29,506 bases of DNA from a virus. Lineage: Duplodnaviria; Heunggongvirae; Uroviricota; Caudoviricetes. Positions 18,005-26,474 of the stretch are shown piece by piece. Every line of letters starts with the position of its first letter. The first letter of the stretch is position 1. A program made the translations under genes and the position numbers. Location: the IMG/VR virus record IMGVR_UViG_3300027770_000046. The stretch is one strand, 5' to 3'. The notes below the pieces were generated by a model. The model saw only the letters and a list, made by a program, of their open reading frames with translations, was not told the origin of the DNA and made no database searches.

Positions 18005-18928
18005 ATGCCATACGCAGATTTAACATTCCAAGTTCAGCCAGGTTTAAGATTTGTTGCAAATGATTTTGTGAACGTATATGTACCCACTACAACGACTACA
18101 ACAACAGTAGCTCCAACTACTACAACAACAACCACTGCAACTCCTACAACTACAACGACTACAACTCCTCCTCCTACAACTACTACCACAACAACAGCTG
18201 CAGGTGGTATTGTTACAAGTGGATTAATAGTTAATTTAGATGCAAGTAATCCTTCTTCTTATTCAGGCTCAGGTAATACATGGACTGACTTAACAGGTAA
18301 TGGATATAATGCAACAAGACAAGGTTCTGTACCATTTACTTCAGCAGGTCAACAATCTTATTTTGGTTTTAGTGGCTCAAGTTCTAATTACTTCTTGGGT
18401 AATAGTAATTTATATGGATTAAACTCTAATCAAATTAGTGGAACTGTTGGTATAACTGTTTCAATGATATTTAGACCATCAAACATTAGTACTAGAAGTA
18501 CTTTATGGTCAACTTATGCAAGTGATAAAGGAAGTGTTTTTGAAATTGGTACATTAGGTGCATTATGGACAAACACACTTAGACAATATTTAAGTGATAA
18601 TGGTCCTATTCGTAGCTCTGATAATAGAGGTGGTGCAAATACAATATCAAATTCAACAACTTACTTAATGACAGTTACTTGGGACCAAACAACTTATACA
18701 AGTACTATGTATGTAAATGGTAGTGCAATTGCACAAAGTAATGTTGGTTTTAATAAAAATAATATGACTTCAGCTTGGGCTAATTCAGCTAACTACAATT
18801 TAGGAGGAGACCCAACTCAAACAGGTACTTATGGAAATTTATATACAGCTTATATATATAATAGAGGATTAACAGCAGGAGAAGTATTACAAAACTATAA
18901 CGCATTACAATCAAGATTTGGACTATAA
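18005..18928 (+). CDS. Protein C: 27-aa beta-domain fragment, (P-T7-x-x)4 linker, concanavalin A-like/LamG lectin-type domain
   Basis: 307 aa. SGLIVNLDASNPSSYSGSGNTWTDLTGNGYNAT ... YNRGLTAGEVLQNYN...RFG is the LamG-like pattern common in aquatic phage structural proteins. Confidence 0.8.
   Translation: MPYADLTFQVQPGLRFVANDFVNVYVPTTTTTTTVAPTTTTTTTATPTTTTTTTPPPTTTTTTTAAGGIVTSGLIVNLDASNPSSYSGSGNTWTDLTGNGYNATRQGSVPFTSAGQQSYFGFSGSSSNYFLGNSNLYGLNSNQISGTVGITVSMIFRPSNISTRSTLWSTYASDKGSVFEIGTLGALWTNTLRQYLSDNGPIRSSDNRGGANTISNSTTYLMTVTWDQTTYTSTMYVNGSAIAQSNVGFNKNNMTSAWANSANYNLGGDPTQTGTYGNLYTAYIYNRGLTAGEVLQNYNALQSRFGL
18083..18202 (+). repeat. Four 10-aa units P-TTTTTTT-x-x (mucin-like linker)
   Basis: Codon count gives exactly seven Thr in each unit (18086-18106, 18116-18136, 18146-18166, 18176-18196). 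Confidence 0.95.
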
Positions 18929-18939
18929 AATAATTAATA

Positions 18940-19947
18940 ATGCCTAACCCATCAATATATGGAAGAGTTGTAAGTTATGACACTGTCACTGGTAGTCTAG
19001 TGGTAACACCACTTGAATACACAGGTGATCCAGGATCATACAGTACATGGACAGTTGAATTGGCTGGTAAGAATGGAACCTCTGGTGCATCTGCTAGTTC
19101 TGGAACTAGTGGTACTAGTGGTTCTTCAGCAAGCTCAGGTACACATGGTACGTCTGCAACTTCAGGTTCTTCTGGAACTTCAGGCTCAGCTGGTACGTCA
19201 GCAAGCTCAGGATCTTCAGGAACATCTGCTTCATCTGGTTCTTCAGGAACAAGTGCTGTTCAAGGTGGTACAGGTCCTCAGGGTGCCACTGGACCTCAGG
19301 GTCCAACAGGATTAGGTGGTTCTTCTGGTACATCTGGATCATCTGGTGGTCCAGGTCCTCAAGGTCCAACAGGAGGACAAGGCCCTCAGGGTCCTCAAGG
19401 TTTTGCAGGTGCTACAGGTCCAACAGGAGCCCCAGGACCACAAGGTCCAGTGGGTACTTCAGCTAGTTACTCTCAAGCTCCAAGTAATGGTTTGAATCAA
19501 GGAGATTATCCAAATCTTGGTACTACATCAAATGGTACTACATATGCATCAAGATTTTATCTTCCAGGTAATGTTTATAAAGGACTAAATGGTTCTTATG
19601 GACCTTGTTGGTTTGGATTTAACTTTGGATGGGCAAGTAATGCTGGATTAGGTGGTGCATATTTCTTTAACTCTTCTTCAAGAGGATTAAAAAAAGATAT
19701 TGAACCATTTACTAAAGATGCAACAGAAATCATAAAAAGTACAGAAATAATTACTTGGGAATTTGAAAGTGGAGAACATACAGAAGTTGAACATATTGGA
19801 TTCATAGCAGAAGATACTCCAGAAGAATTAGCCACTCCAGATCATAACGTAATGGATATTACTAATACTTTAGGAGTTGTATTAAAAGCAATTCAAGAAA
19901 TTGATAATAGAGTGACAGCTCTACAAAACAAAAATAACAATGGCTAA
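18940..19947 (+). CDS. Tip fibre D: C-terminal half of the beta-domain, Ser/Thr and collagen-like Gly-X-Y, short tip, peptidase S74 intramolecular chaperone
   Basis: 335 aa. Gly-X-Y at 19066-19461. SSRGLKKDI...HIGFIAED...VLKAIQEI from 19675. Confidence 0.88.
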   Translation: MPNPSIYGRVVSYDTVTGSLVVTPLEYTGDPGSYSTWTVELAGKNGTSGASASSGTSGTSGSSASSGTHGTSATSGSSGTSGSAGTSASSGSSGTSASSGSSGTSAVQGGTGPQGATGPQGPTGLGGSSGTSGSSGGPGPQGPTGGQGPQGPQGFAGATGPTGAPGPQGPVGTSASYSQAPSNGLNQGDYPNLGTTSNGTTYASRFYLPGNVYKGLNGSYGPCWFGFNFGWASNAGLGGAYFFNSSSRGLKKDIEPFTKDATEIIKSTEIITWEFESGEHTEVEHIGFIAEDTPEELATPDHNVMDITNTLGVVLKAIQEIDNRVTALQNKNNNG

Positions 19948-21004
19948 CGCAACATTTAACTGTTCACCTAATTTAAGCTATGTAGCAGGAGACTTTGTGC
20001 AACTAAGCTATGATGCAAATAACTATGTTATTGGGACAGTGGTGTCATATAATGATATAACAGGTGTTATGGTAATCACTCCAGTTAAATCTGTAGGTAG
20101 TGGATCATATTCAATATGGAACGTTCAATTAACAGGGAATGCTGGTTCATCTGGAACAAATGGAACATCAGGTACTTCAGCATCTAGTGGAACAAGTGCT
20201 ACGTCTGGTAATGCTGGAAGTTCTGGTACAGCTGGAACATCTGGATCTGCAGGTTTAAGTAGATCAAGTGGAACAGCTGGTACATCTGGTTCTAGTGCCA
20301 CTGCAGGTACATCAGGTTCAGCAGGCACAACTGGTGCTATTGGACCAGTAGGTCCTCAAGGTGCACAAGGACCAATAGGTGCAACAGGTTCATCTGGTAC
20401 ATCAGGGGTTTCAGGAGTTAATGGTCCAACAGGTCCCACAGGAGCACAAGGTCCAACAGGAGCTACAGGCCCTACAGGTACAGCAACTCCAGGTCCTACA
20501 GGACCCACAGGTCCTACTGGAGCTCAAGGTCCACAAACAATATATAATCAATCTTTAAATACCACAGATAGTGTAAGTTTTGCTAACTTAGAAATGGGTT
20601 ATTGTCATGCAGTAGGTAACTTTCTTGTTCCTGATGGTGGTAAAGTAAGTAATAGTGCAGGTCAAGGTGCAAGTTGGTATGGTAATCAAGGAAGTTGGTT
20701 TTCGTATGGTTCTATTGGTTCTGCTTATTTCTTTGGTACTTCCACAAAAGAAGTTAAAAAGAATATAGAACCATTTACTAAATCAGGACTTGATTTAATA
20801 AAACAAACTGATATTGTAACATATAAATATGAGGGTGAACTACATTATACTGACTTAACAAAAATAGGATTTATTGCAGAAGAAACTCCTATTGAGATGT
20901 CTTCTTCAGACCAAGATGAAATGGTTATCAATTCTACAATTTGTGTAGCTATGAAAGCAATTCAAGAACTAGATGAGAAAATTAAAAACTTACAAAATAA
21001 ATAG
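19940..21004 (+). CDS. Tip fibre E: beta-domain lacking first strand, Ser/Thr and collagen-like Gly-X-Y, short tip, peptidase S74 chaperone
   Basis: 354 aa. Gly-X-Y at 20135-20536. STKEVKKNI...IGFIAEE...AMKAIQEL from 20741. Confidence 0.88.
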   Translation: MANATFNCSPNLSYVAGDFVQLSYDANNYVIGTVVSYNDITGVMVITPVKSVGSGSYSIWNVQLTGNAGSSGTNGTSGTSASSGTSATSGNAGSSGTAGTSGSAGLSRSSGTAGTSGSSATAGTSGSAGTTGAIGPVGPQGAQGPIGATGSSGTSGVSGVNGPTGPTGAQGPTGATGPTGTATPGPTGPTGPTGAQGPQTIYNQSLNTTDSVSFANLEMGYCHAVGNFLVPDGGKVSNSAGQGASWYGNQGSWFSYGSIGSAYFFGTSTKEVKKNIEPFTKSGLDLIKQTDIVTYKYEGELHYTDLTKIGFIAEETPIEMSSSDQDEMVINSTICVAMKAIQELDEKIKNLQNK

Positions 21005-21006
21005 AT

Positions 21007-21369
21007 ATGACAATAAATGATATCAAATACACTTGGGAACTGTCTCATTTTCACGTAGTGCCTTCTAAAAATAACCAAGATAATGTAGTTACAAAAATAG
21101 CATTTACATTACATGGTGAATATATAGATGAGAATGGTACTTCTTTTAAAGAGTTTTGGACTGGAGCAACTCTTATAGAGATGGATGAAACCTCTACATT
21201 TACACCACTTGATCAAGTGACTAAAGAAATGGCTGAGAAGTGGGTGGAAGCTTCTGAAAATAAGAAGCAAAGAAATGTTGATTGGATTAAAAACAAAGTG
21301 TTAACAAGAATGCAAGAAAAAGTTACACCTACTATTGTTGTAATGACACCTCCTTTTGCACAAAAGTAA
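21007..21369 (+). CDS. Small fibre-associated phage protein (possible assembly factor)
   Basis: 120 aa. YTWEL...DNVVTKIAF...FTPLDQVTKEMAEKWV...PPF resembles small proteins I recall next to tail fibre genes in aquatic phages; function unknown. Confidence 0.55.
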   Translation: MTINDIKYTWELSHFHVVPSKNNQDNVVTKIAFTLHGEYIDENGTSFKEFWTGATLIEMDETSTFTPLDQVTKEMAEKWVEASENKKQRNVDWIKNKVLTRMQEKVTPTIVVMTPPFAQK

Positions 21370-21379
21370 TTAATAAACA

Positions 21380-22177
21380 ATGCCTTATTCAAACGTTACA
21401 TTTAATGTAAGTACAAACTTATCATTTAAACCAAATGATTTTGTACAATTAAATGGTACTCTTATTACTACTACCACTACTACCACTACAGCTGCACCTT
21501 TGCCTGTTATTACTACTGGATTAGTATTATATGTTGATGCTAGTATCCCTAGTAGCTATCCAGGTACAGGAACAACTTGGTACGATCTAAGCCCAAGTGG
21601 ATACAATGGTACATTAAGTGGCAGTACAGCTTATAGTTCTTTAAATGGAGGATATATTTCCACACAATCTAGTACAGGATATATTAATTTTCAACCTTCT
21701 TCAGCAGGAAGTAGCAGTAGTGCTTACACTTGGGGTGGTTGGTTTAATCTTCCAACTGCAGGTGCAACTAATATTCCTATGACAAGAGGAGGAGGAACTG
21801 ATAGTTATCCTAATGGATGGAATCTTGCTACTGTATTTTTATCTAACGCATTTAATGCTTCTATAGTAACTTCTGTACCTAGCATAGGTCAAATAAATGG
21901 TTCATATTCTTCAACTCCAAGTAGTAATACTTGGTATAATCATATAGCAGTATGGACTCCAGGTGTTAGTATAAAAGTATACTTAAATGGTGTTTTGAGA
22001 GCTACTCTAAATACTTCAACTACAATTTTAAGAACTTCTTCTCAAGGTTGGAATACTTCAATTGATGGTACAAAATACAATACTAATTATGGTTCAATGA
22101 TTGTTTACAATAGAGTATTAAGTGATGCTGAAGTTCTTCAAAACTTTAATTCAACTAAGACAAGATTTGGATACTAA
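21380..22177 (+). CDS. Protein F: ~26-aa beta-domain fragment, Thr8 linker, LamG-like domain (paralog of C)
   Basis: 265 aa. TGLVLYVDASIPSSYPGTGTTWYDL ... YNRVLSDAEVLQNFN...RFG. Thr8 at 21467-21490. Confidence 0.8.
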   Translation: MPYSNVTFNVSTNLSFKPNDFVQLNGTLITTTTTTTTAAPLPVITTGLVLYVDASIPSSYPGTGTTWYDLSPSGYNGTLSGSTAYSSLNGGYISTQSSTGYINFQPSSAGSSSSAYTWGGWFNLPTAGATNIPMTRGGGTDSYPNGWNLATVFLSNAFNASIVTSVPSIGQINGSYSSTPSSNTWYNHIAVWTPGVSIKVYLNGVLRATLNTSTTILRTSSQGWNTSIDGTKYNTNYGSMIVYNRVLSDAEVLQNFNSTKTRFGY

Positions 22178-22194
22178 AATAAATATAAAAAGTA

Positions 22195-23193
22195 ATGGCA
22201 TCTAATGATTATATTATAGGTAGAGTGGTATCATATAACCCTAGTACAGGTGATATGGTCGTAACTCCTTTAGAATCAAATGGTTCAGGAACATTTAACT
22301 CTTGGACTGTTGAATTAACAGGAGCATATGGAACATCAGGAACCTCTGGAACCTCTGGAACAAGTGGCTCTGCAGGAACTAGTGGTGCTTCAGTGTTATC
22401 TGCTGCTTCAGGTTCTGCAGGTACGTCAGCATCAAGTGGTACATCAGGTGTAGCTGCTACAAGTGGAAGCTCTGGCTTATCTGCTTCGAGTGGTAACTCT
22501 GGTCTTTCTGGTGCCAATGGAGCAACAGGACCACAAGGTCCAATAGGACCAACTGGTGCACAAGGACCTCAAGGAGCTAGAGGTTCATCAGGATCTAGTG
22601 GTGTAAATGGTCCAACAGGTCCACAAGGCCCTACTGGAGCAACAGGAGCAAGAGGTCCACAAGGAGCTAGTCCTACAGGTCCCCAAGGACCTACAGGTCC
22701 ACAAGGTCCTGCAAATAGCAATAACCAAACATTGAACTATGGAAGTCCTGCAACATTTGTAAATATTAGTGCTGGTTATCAAATATATTGTGACCAAGGG
22801 TTTTTTAATAATGGTGGAGTTCGAGGTCATGTAGTAAATGCTAATAATTTATATTTCTATAATAATAGTTCTAGTCAATGGTATAGTAATGGAGCAATTG
22901 GAGCAGGAGGGGGTAACTTCTTCCCAGCCTCTACTAGAGAGATTAAGAAAAATATTGAGCCATTTACTAAGTCTGCATTAGATATAATCAATAGTACAGA
23001 CATTGTGTCATTTGAATTTGAGATAACTGATCTTGAGGGTGAGACACATATAGGTTTTATAGCTGAAGACACTGCAGAAGAGCTAGCTACTAGCACTCAT
23101 GATCAAATGGTAGTACCTTCTAGCTTATCAATTTTGATGAAGGCTATACAAGAATTAGATAAAAAGTTACAGGTATTAGAAAATAATGCTTAA
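22195..23193 (+). CDS. Tip fibre G: C-terminal half of the beta-domain, Ser/Thr and collagen-like Gly-X-Y, short tip, peptidase S74 chaperone (paralog of D)
   Basis: 332 aa. Gly-X-Y at 22321-22713. STREIKKNI...HIGFIAED...LMKAIQEL from 22930. Confidence 0.88.
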   Translation: MASNDYIIGRVVSYNPSTGDMVVTPLESNGSGTFNSWTVELTGAYGTSGTSGTSGTSGSAGTSGASVLSAASGSAGTSASSGTSGVAATSGSSGLSASSGNSGLSGANGATGPQGPIGPTGAQGPQGARGSSGSSGVNGPTGPQGPTGATGARGPQGASPTGPQGPTGPQGPANSNNQTLNYGSPATFVNISAGYQIYCDQGFFNNGGVRGHVVNANNLYFYNNSSSQWYSNGAIGAGGGNFFPASTREIKKNIEPFTKSALDIINSTDIVSFEFEITDLEGETHIGFIAEDTAEELATSTHDQMVVPSSLSILMKAIQELDKKLQVLENNA

Positions 23194-23218
23194 CTTTGTT
23201 CTATCTAAAATTTAAATA

Positions 23219-23818
23219 ATGAATACCTCTATTGTTTTTCCAAAGCACACATGTGATCCACAAAATTATTATTTCTTTAATCCAGGGTTTTCTGCAGAAG
23301 AATTAGATATAGTTTATAAAGGAGTTGCAACAATTCCATTTCAACAAGCAATTACAGGTGAGAATAATGAAGAAAACCTAAGCGTGAGATCATCTTCTAT
23401 CAAATGGATTCCACCAAATGAACAATGGAGATGGCTTTATGAAAAGCTAATGAATATGATTATAGAAGCCAATAATGCAATTTGGCATTTTGATTTACAT
23501 AATTTAACAGACCATATTCAATATACAGAATACTATGCTGAGAAAGGTGGGCATTATAACTGGCATCAAGATATAGGTCCAGGAGAAATGTCTAAAAGAA
23601 AGATAAGCATAACAGTACAATTATCTGATCCTGATGAATATGAAGGTGGTGACTTAGAGTATTTTAAAGGAGGTAATCCAGAAGAAGCTGATAAAGCACC
23701 AAGAGGAAAAGGAGTTGTATTTATATTCCCTTCTTACATGATGCACAGAGTTACTAAATTAACTAAAGGAACTAGACGCTCTTTCGTACTATGGGTAGGA
23801 GGAGAACATTATAAATAG
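23219..23818 (+). CDS. 2OG-Fe(II) oxygenase (prolyl-hydroxylase/PKHD-like fold)
   Basis: WHQD (23561-23572), RKISITVQLS, YEGGDL, FPSYMMHRV, GTRRSFVLW: complete HxD...H...R set. Confidence 0.9.
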   Translation: MNTSIVFPKHTCDPQNYYFFNPGFSAEELDIVYKGVATIPFQQAITGENNEENLSVRSSSIKWIPPNEQWRWLYEKLMNMIIEANNAIWHFDLHNLTDHIQYTEYYAEKGGHYNWHQDIGPGEMSKRKISITVQLSDPDEYEGGDLEYFKGGNPEEADKAPRGKGVVFIFPSYMMHRVTKLTKGTRRSFVLWVGGEHYK

Positions 23819-23823
23819 TATTT

Positions 23824-24312
23824 ATGAAATTTCCTATTTCTAAGTTTAACTTAGGTAGACAATTTACAAAAGAAGAAAGAGAAGTATTTGTTAATTGTGT
23901 AAAAAATACAGGTGAAATTGAAGCTAATGTAGGTAATGCTAAATCTAAAAGCATGTCTATATTAGAGATACCTGAACTAGTTAATATTAAATCTTTTTGT
24001 TTAAGTTCTTTAAACAAACATGCCAACAATAGTGATCTTTACATCACAGAGTCTTGGTTAAATTTTACAATGCCAGGTGAGTGGCAACATTCTCAAAATC
24101 ATCCTAACAGTTTAATAAGTGGTATATTTTATATCAATACTCGTAAAGTATTGAACAATATTGTATTTTCAGAACTTGAAAAAATAATTAGTTTAGAAAG
24201 ATATGACTTATTATTATTTCCATCTCAGTTATTACATCATGCTCCAAAGAATATAGGTAATGATTTAAAGATAAGTTTATCTTTTAATACAGCAAAACCA
24301 ACAACTATATAA
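23824..24312 (+). CDS. TIGR02466-like putative 2OG-Fe(II) oxygenase, degenerate-looking copy
   Basis: SWLNFTMPGEWQHSQNHPNSLISGIFYI ... LFPSQLLHH ... KISLSFN; clear paralog of 25845-26474. Confidence 0.75.
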   Translation: MKFPISKFNLGRQFTKEEREVFVNCVKNTGEIEANVGNAKSKSMSILEIPELVNIKSFCLSSLNKHANNSDLYITESWLNFTMPGEWQHSQNHPNSLISGIFYINTRKVLNNIVFSELEKIISLERYDLLLFPSQLLHHAPKNIGNDLKISLSFNTAKPTTI

Positions 24313-25124
24313 TGCAGCAGATATTTTATAATAGTAGTTTACCTAGATCAGGAAGTACATTGTTACAAAATGTATTCAATCAAAACCCTGATATGTATGC
24401 CACTCCTACAAGTGGTGTTGTACAATTCTTAGAGCTTATAAGAATGACTTTTTCTCAAGCAGAATTTAAAGCACAGGATACCAAAGTTATGGAGAAGGCT
24501 GCTTTGTCTTTTTGTAGAGAAGGTATGAAAGGGTTTGCTAGTTCAATATCAGACAAGCCTTACTTTATAGATAAAAGCTTTTATTGGGGAATGCACTTTA
24601 ATTATTTAAAATTAATCAATGATGAAGACCCTAAGATTATAATTATGATTAGAGATTTGAGAGATATATTTGCATCCTTTGAATCTAATCATAGAAAAAA
24701 CACTTTGGTTTATAATGAAAATGTTAATTGGGATAGTCTTGAATGTACTACAATGGAGAAAAGAATACTAGATTGGACTAGGAAAAAACCAGTGGGACCT
24801 GTTATAGATGCCTTAAGAGATATCATTAATTACAGGTTAGATTCTAAAATCTTGTTTATAAAATATGAGGAGTTCTGTGAAGACCCTAATAAAGAAATGA
24901 TTAAGATATATAACTACTTAGAGCTGCCATACTTCCAACATAACTTTAACAATGTAGAACAAACTACAAAAGAGAATGATGTATTCTATTTCACTAGACA
25001 CGATATTAGAAGTGTTGTAAAGAAAAAGGAATCAGAAGCTGAACATATTATAGGTAAGCCTGCTTGTGATTGGGTATATAAAAACTATGAGTGGTTCTTT
25101 AAGTTCTTTAAATATAATAAATAG
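24312..25124 (+). CDS. Sulfotransferase family protein
   Basis: SSLPRSGSTLL (5'-PSB loop), IIMIRDLRDIFAS (3'-PB motif), IKYEEFCEDP. Confidence 0.85.
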   Translation: MQQIFYNSSLPRSGSTLLQNVFNQNPDMYATPTSGVVQFLELIRMTFSQAEFKAQDTKVMEKAALSFCREGMKGFASSISDKPYFIDKSFYWGMHFNYLKLINDEDPKIIIMIRDLRDIFASFESNHRKNTLVYNENVNWDSLECTTMEKRILDWTRKKPVGPVIDALRDIINYRLDSKILFIKYEEFCEDPNKEMIKIYNYLELPYFQHNFNNVEQTTKENDVFYFTRHDIRSVVKKKESEAEHIIGKPACDWVYKNYEWFFKFFKYNK

Positions 25125-25125
25125 A

Positions 25126-25494
25126 TTATATTTTCCTAATTGGTCTGGCAAAAGATGGAACTTTCTTGTCTAATATATATTGATTACCAGTAAAGAAATA
25201 TTGATAATGAGCATTTTCTTTATCATATTCATCACGAGTCCAATAGCCATATAATGGCAACATTTTTAGATATTCTTTTTTCTTATACATTAAATAAAGT
25301 TGCTCTTTATTAGGTAACATCCAACCATCTCCCATTTTTTTACAAAATTCCATAGCAAAATCCCAACTCATAAGTCCAGTTTTATGTGATTCTACCAATT
25401 TAGAAGAAGAATTATAAAGATTATAATACCCTAATAATTCATTAGGAAATACTTCGTATTTTACTTCATTATCAATAATTATTAATTTTTCCAT
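25126..25494 (-). CDS. DUF1566/Lcl-C-like (C-type lectin fold) protein
   Basis: MSWDFAMEFCKKMGDGWMLPNKEQL...YWT...ARPIR matches the W-x2-A-x3-C...W-x-LP-x3-[EQ]L...YW pattern. Confidence 0.7.
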   Translation of the reverse strand: MEKLIIIDNEVKYEVFPNELLGYYNLYNSSSKLVESHKTGLMSWDFAMEFCKKMGDGWMLPNKEQLYLMYKKKEYLKMLPLYGYWTRDEYDKENAHYQYFFTGNQYILDKKVPSFARPIRKI

Positions 25495-25506
25495 AATATA
25501 ATAATA

Positions 25507-25845
25507 TTATTGTAATTTTCTTATTGGTCTAGCAAAAGATGGCATTCTTTTTTCAAATACATACTGAACACCAGTAAAGAAATATTGATAGTATGCAGAA
25601 TATGCATCATATTCATCACAGCTCCAATAACCATGTAGTGGTAAGATACCAAGGTATTCTTTTTTCCTGTACATTAAATCTAGTTCCTCTTTAGTAGGTA
25701 ACGTCCAACCCTCTCCTAATCTTTTACAAGATTCCATAGCATAATACCAAGTCATAAGTCCTTCAACTGTACCATTACCATATCCTAAATCATAAGGATA
25801 TACTTCATACTTTATATTGTTATCTACAATTATTAGTTTTTGCAT
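25507..25845 (-). CDS. DUF1566/Lcl-C-like protein, tandem paralog
   Basis: MTWYYAMESCKRLGEGWTLPTKEEL...YWS...ARPIR; 55 of the last 83 aligned residues match the neighbour by hand count. Confidence 0.7.
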   Translation of the reverse strand: MQKLIIVDNNIKYEVYPYDLGYGNGTVEGLMTWYYAMESCKRLGEGWTLPTKEELDLMYRKKEYLGILPLHGYWSCDEYDAYSAYYQYFFTGVQYVFEKRMPSFARPIRKLQ

Positions 25846-26474
25846 TAGAATATGTTATTGATTTCTAAGTAATTCACTCCATCATTCTGAATACCAAACT
25901 TACCTTCAAAGAAAGAGTTGAAAGCTAAACTAATTCTAGGAGTTTTACTTTTAGTTTCAGGAACTCCATGAAACATATTAGATGGGAATAACACCATAAA
26001 TCCAGTTCCTACTTGAAGATTAAATAAATGTGAATTATATCCATTAGTATCTTTAACATCAAATTGCCATGGTCTCACTTCTTTAGTATTTGTAAAAGAA
26101 ATATTATCACAATCTTTGTCTGCATTAATATATATTACACCACTAATAATACTGTTAGGATGATAATGTTGATGATGATTTTCTCCTGGTTCAGTTACAT
26201 TTGTCCATGATTGCGTAAGTTTTAATCTAATCTCATTTGGTCTTGCTGGTGAATAAATCTCATCAAAATATTGATCTAAAGCATTTTGTGCAAACTTTTT
26301 AAGATCTTTCATAGCAGGATCTTCTAGCACTCTATGATTATAAGAACCTTCATTACCAACACTAAATCCTAGCTCTTGACTATTTACACAGTCTAGTTCT
26401 TCTTTTGTAAAATCTCTTCCAAGTTCAAACGTCATTAATGGAGTGGCAAATATTCTAAGTGTATCTAATTTCAT
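25845..26474 (-). CDS. TIGR02466-like putative 2OG-Fe(II) oxygenase
   Basis: SWTNVTEPGENHHQHYHPNSIISGVIYI ... LFPSNMFHGV ... RISLAFN. Confidence 0.85.
   Translation of the reverse strand: MKLDTLRIFATPLMTFELGRDFTKEELDCVNSQELGFSVGNEGSYNHRVLEDPAMKDLKKFAQNALDQYFDEIYSPARPNEIRLKLTQSWTNVTEPGENHHQHYHPNSIISGVIYINADKDCDNISFTNTKEVRPWQFDVKDTNGYNSHLFNLQVGTGFMVLFPSNMFHGVPETKSKTPRISLAFNSFFEGKFGIQNDGVNYLEINNIF

Noticed and set aside
18086-18939. Intron or intein explaining the C/D and F/G splits
   Set aside because: The intervening DNA is an in-frame poly-Thr plus LamG coding region with no homing endonuclease, intein terminal motifs or recognisable group I/II elements, and D and G have their own ATG after AT-rich leaders. 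Not formally excluded without RNA data.
16071-22189. Identical 15-mer TAAAATAAATATAAA upstream of B (16071-16085) and G (22175-22189)
   Set aside because: Pure A/T and low information in an AT-rich genome; explained by Shine-Dalgarno-free Bacteroidota-type leaders or paralogy.
14425-22830. Many alternative-frame and antisense ORFs over the fibre genes (e.g. 14425-15000, 15107-15562, 15196-15645, 16240-16740, 16302-16817, 17598-17996, 19013-19315, 20125-20328, 22209-22517)
   Set aside because: They are shadows of GGN/ACN/TCN/AGT codon repeats that rarely create stops; the products (VPLEP, LVHL repeats) track the repeat blocks exactly.
23219-23818. Collagen prolyl-4-hydroxylase role for the first oxygenase
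   Set aside because: Pro in the collagen segments is almost always in the X position (GPQ, GPT); Y-position Pro, the P4H target, appears only twice, in D (GGP, GAP).
25126-25845. DGR variable/template repeat pair
   Set aside because: Differences are not adenine-specific (e.g. GAA/TAT, GCT/GCA, CAT/TAC), both copies are full genes, and no reverse transcriptase is in the window.
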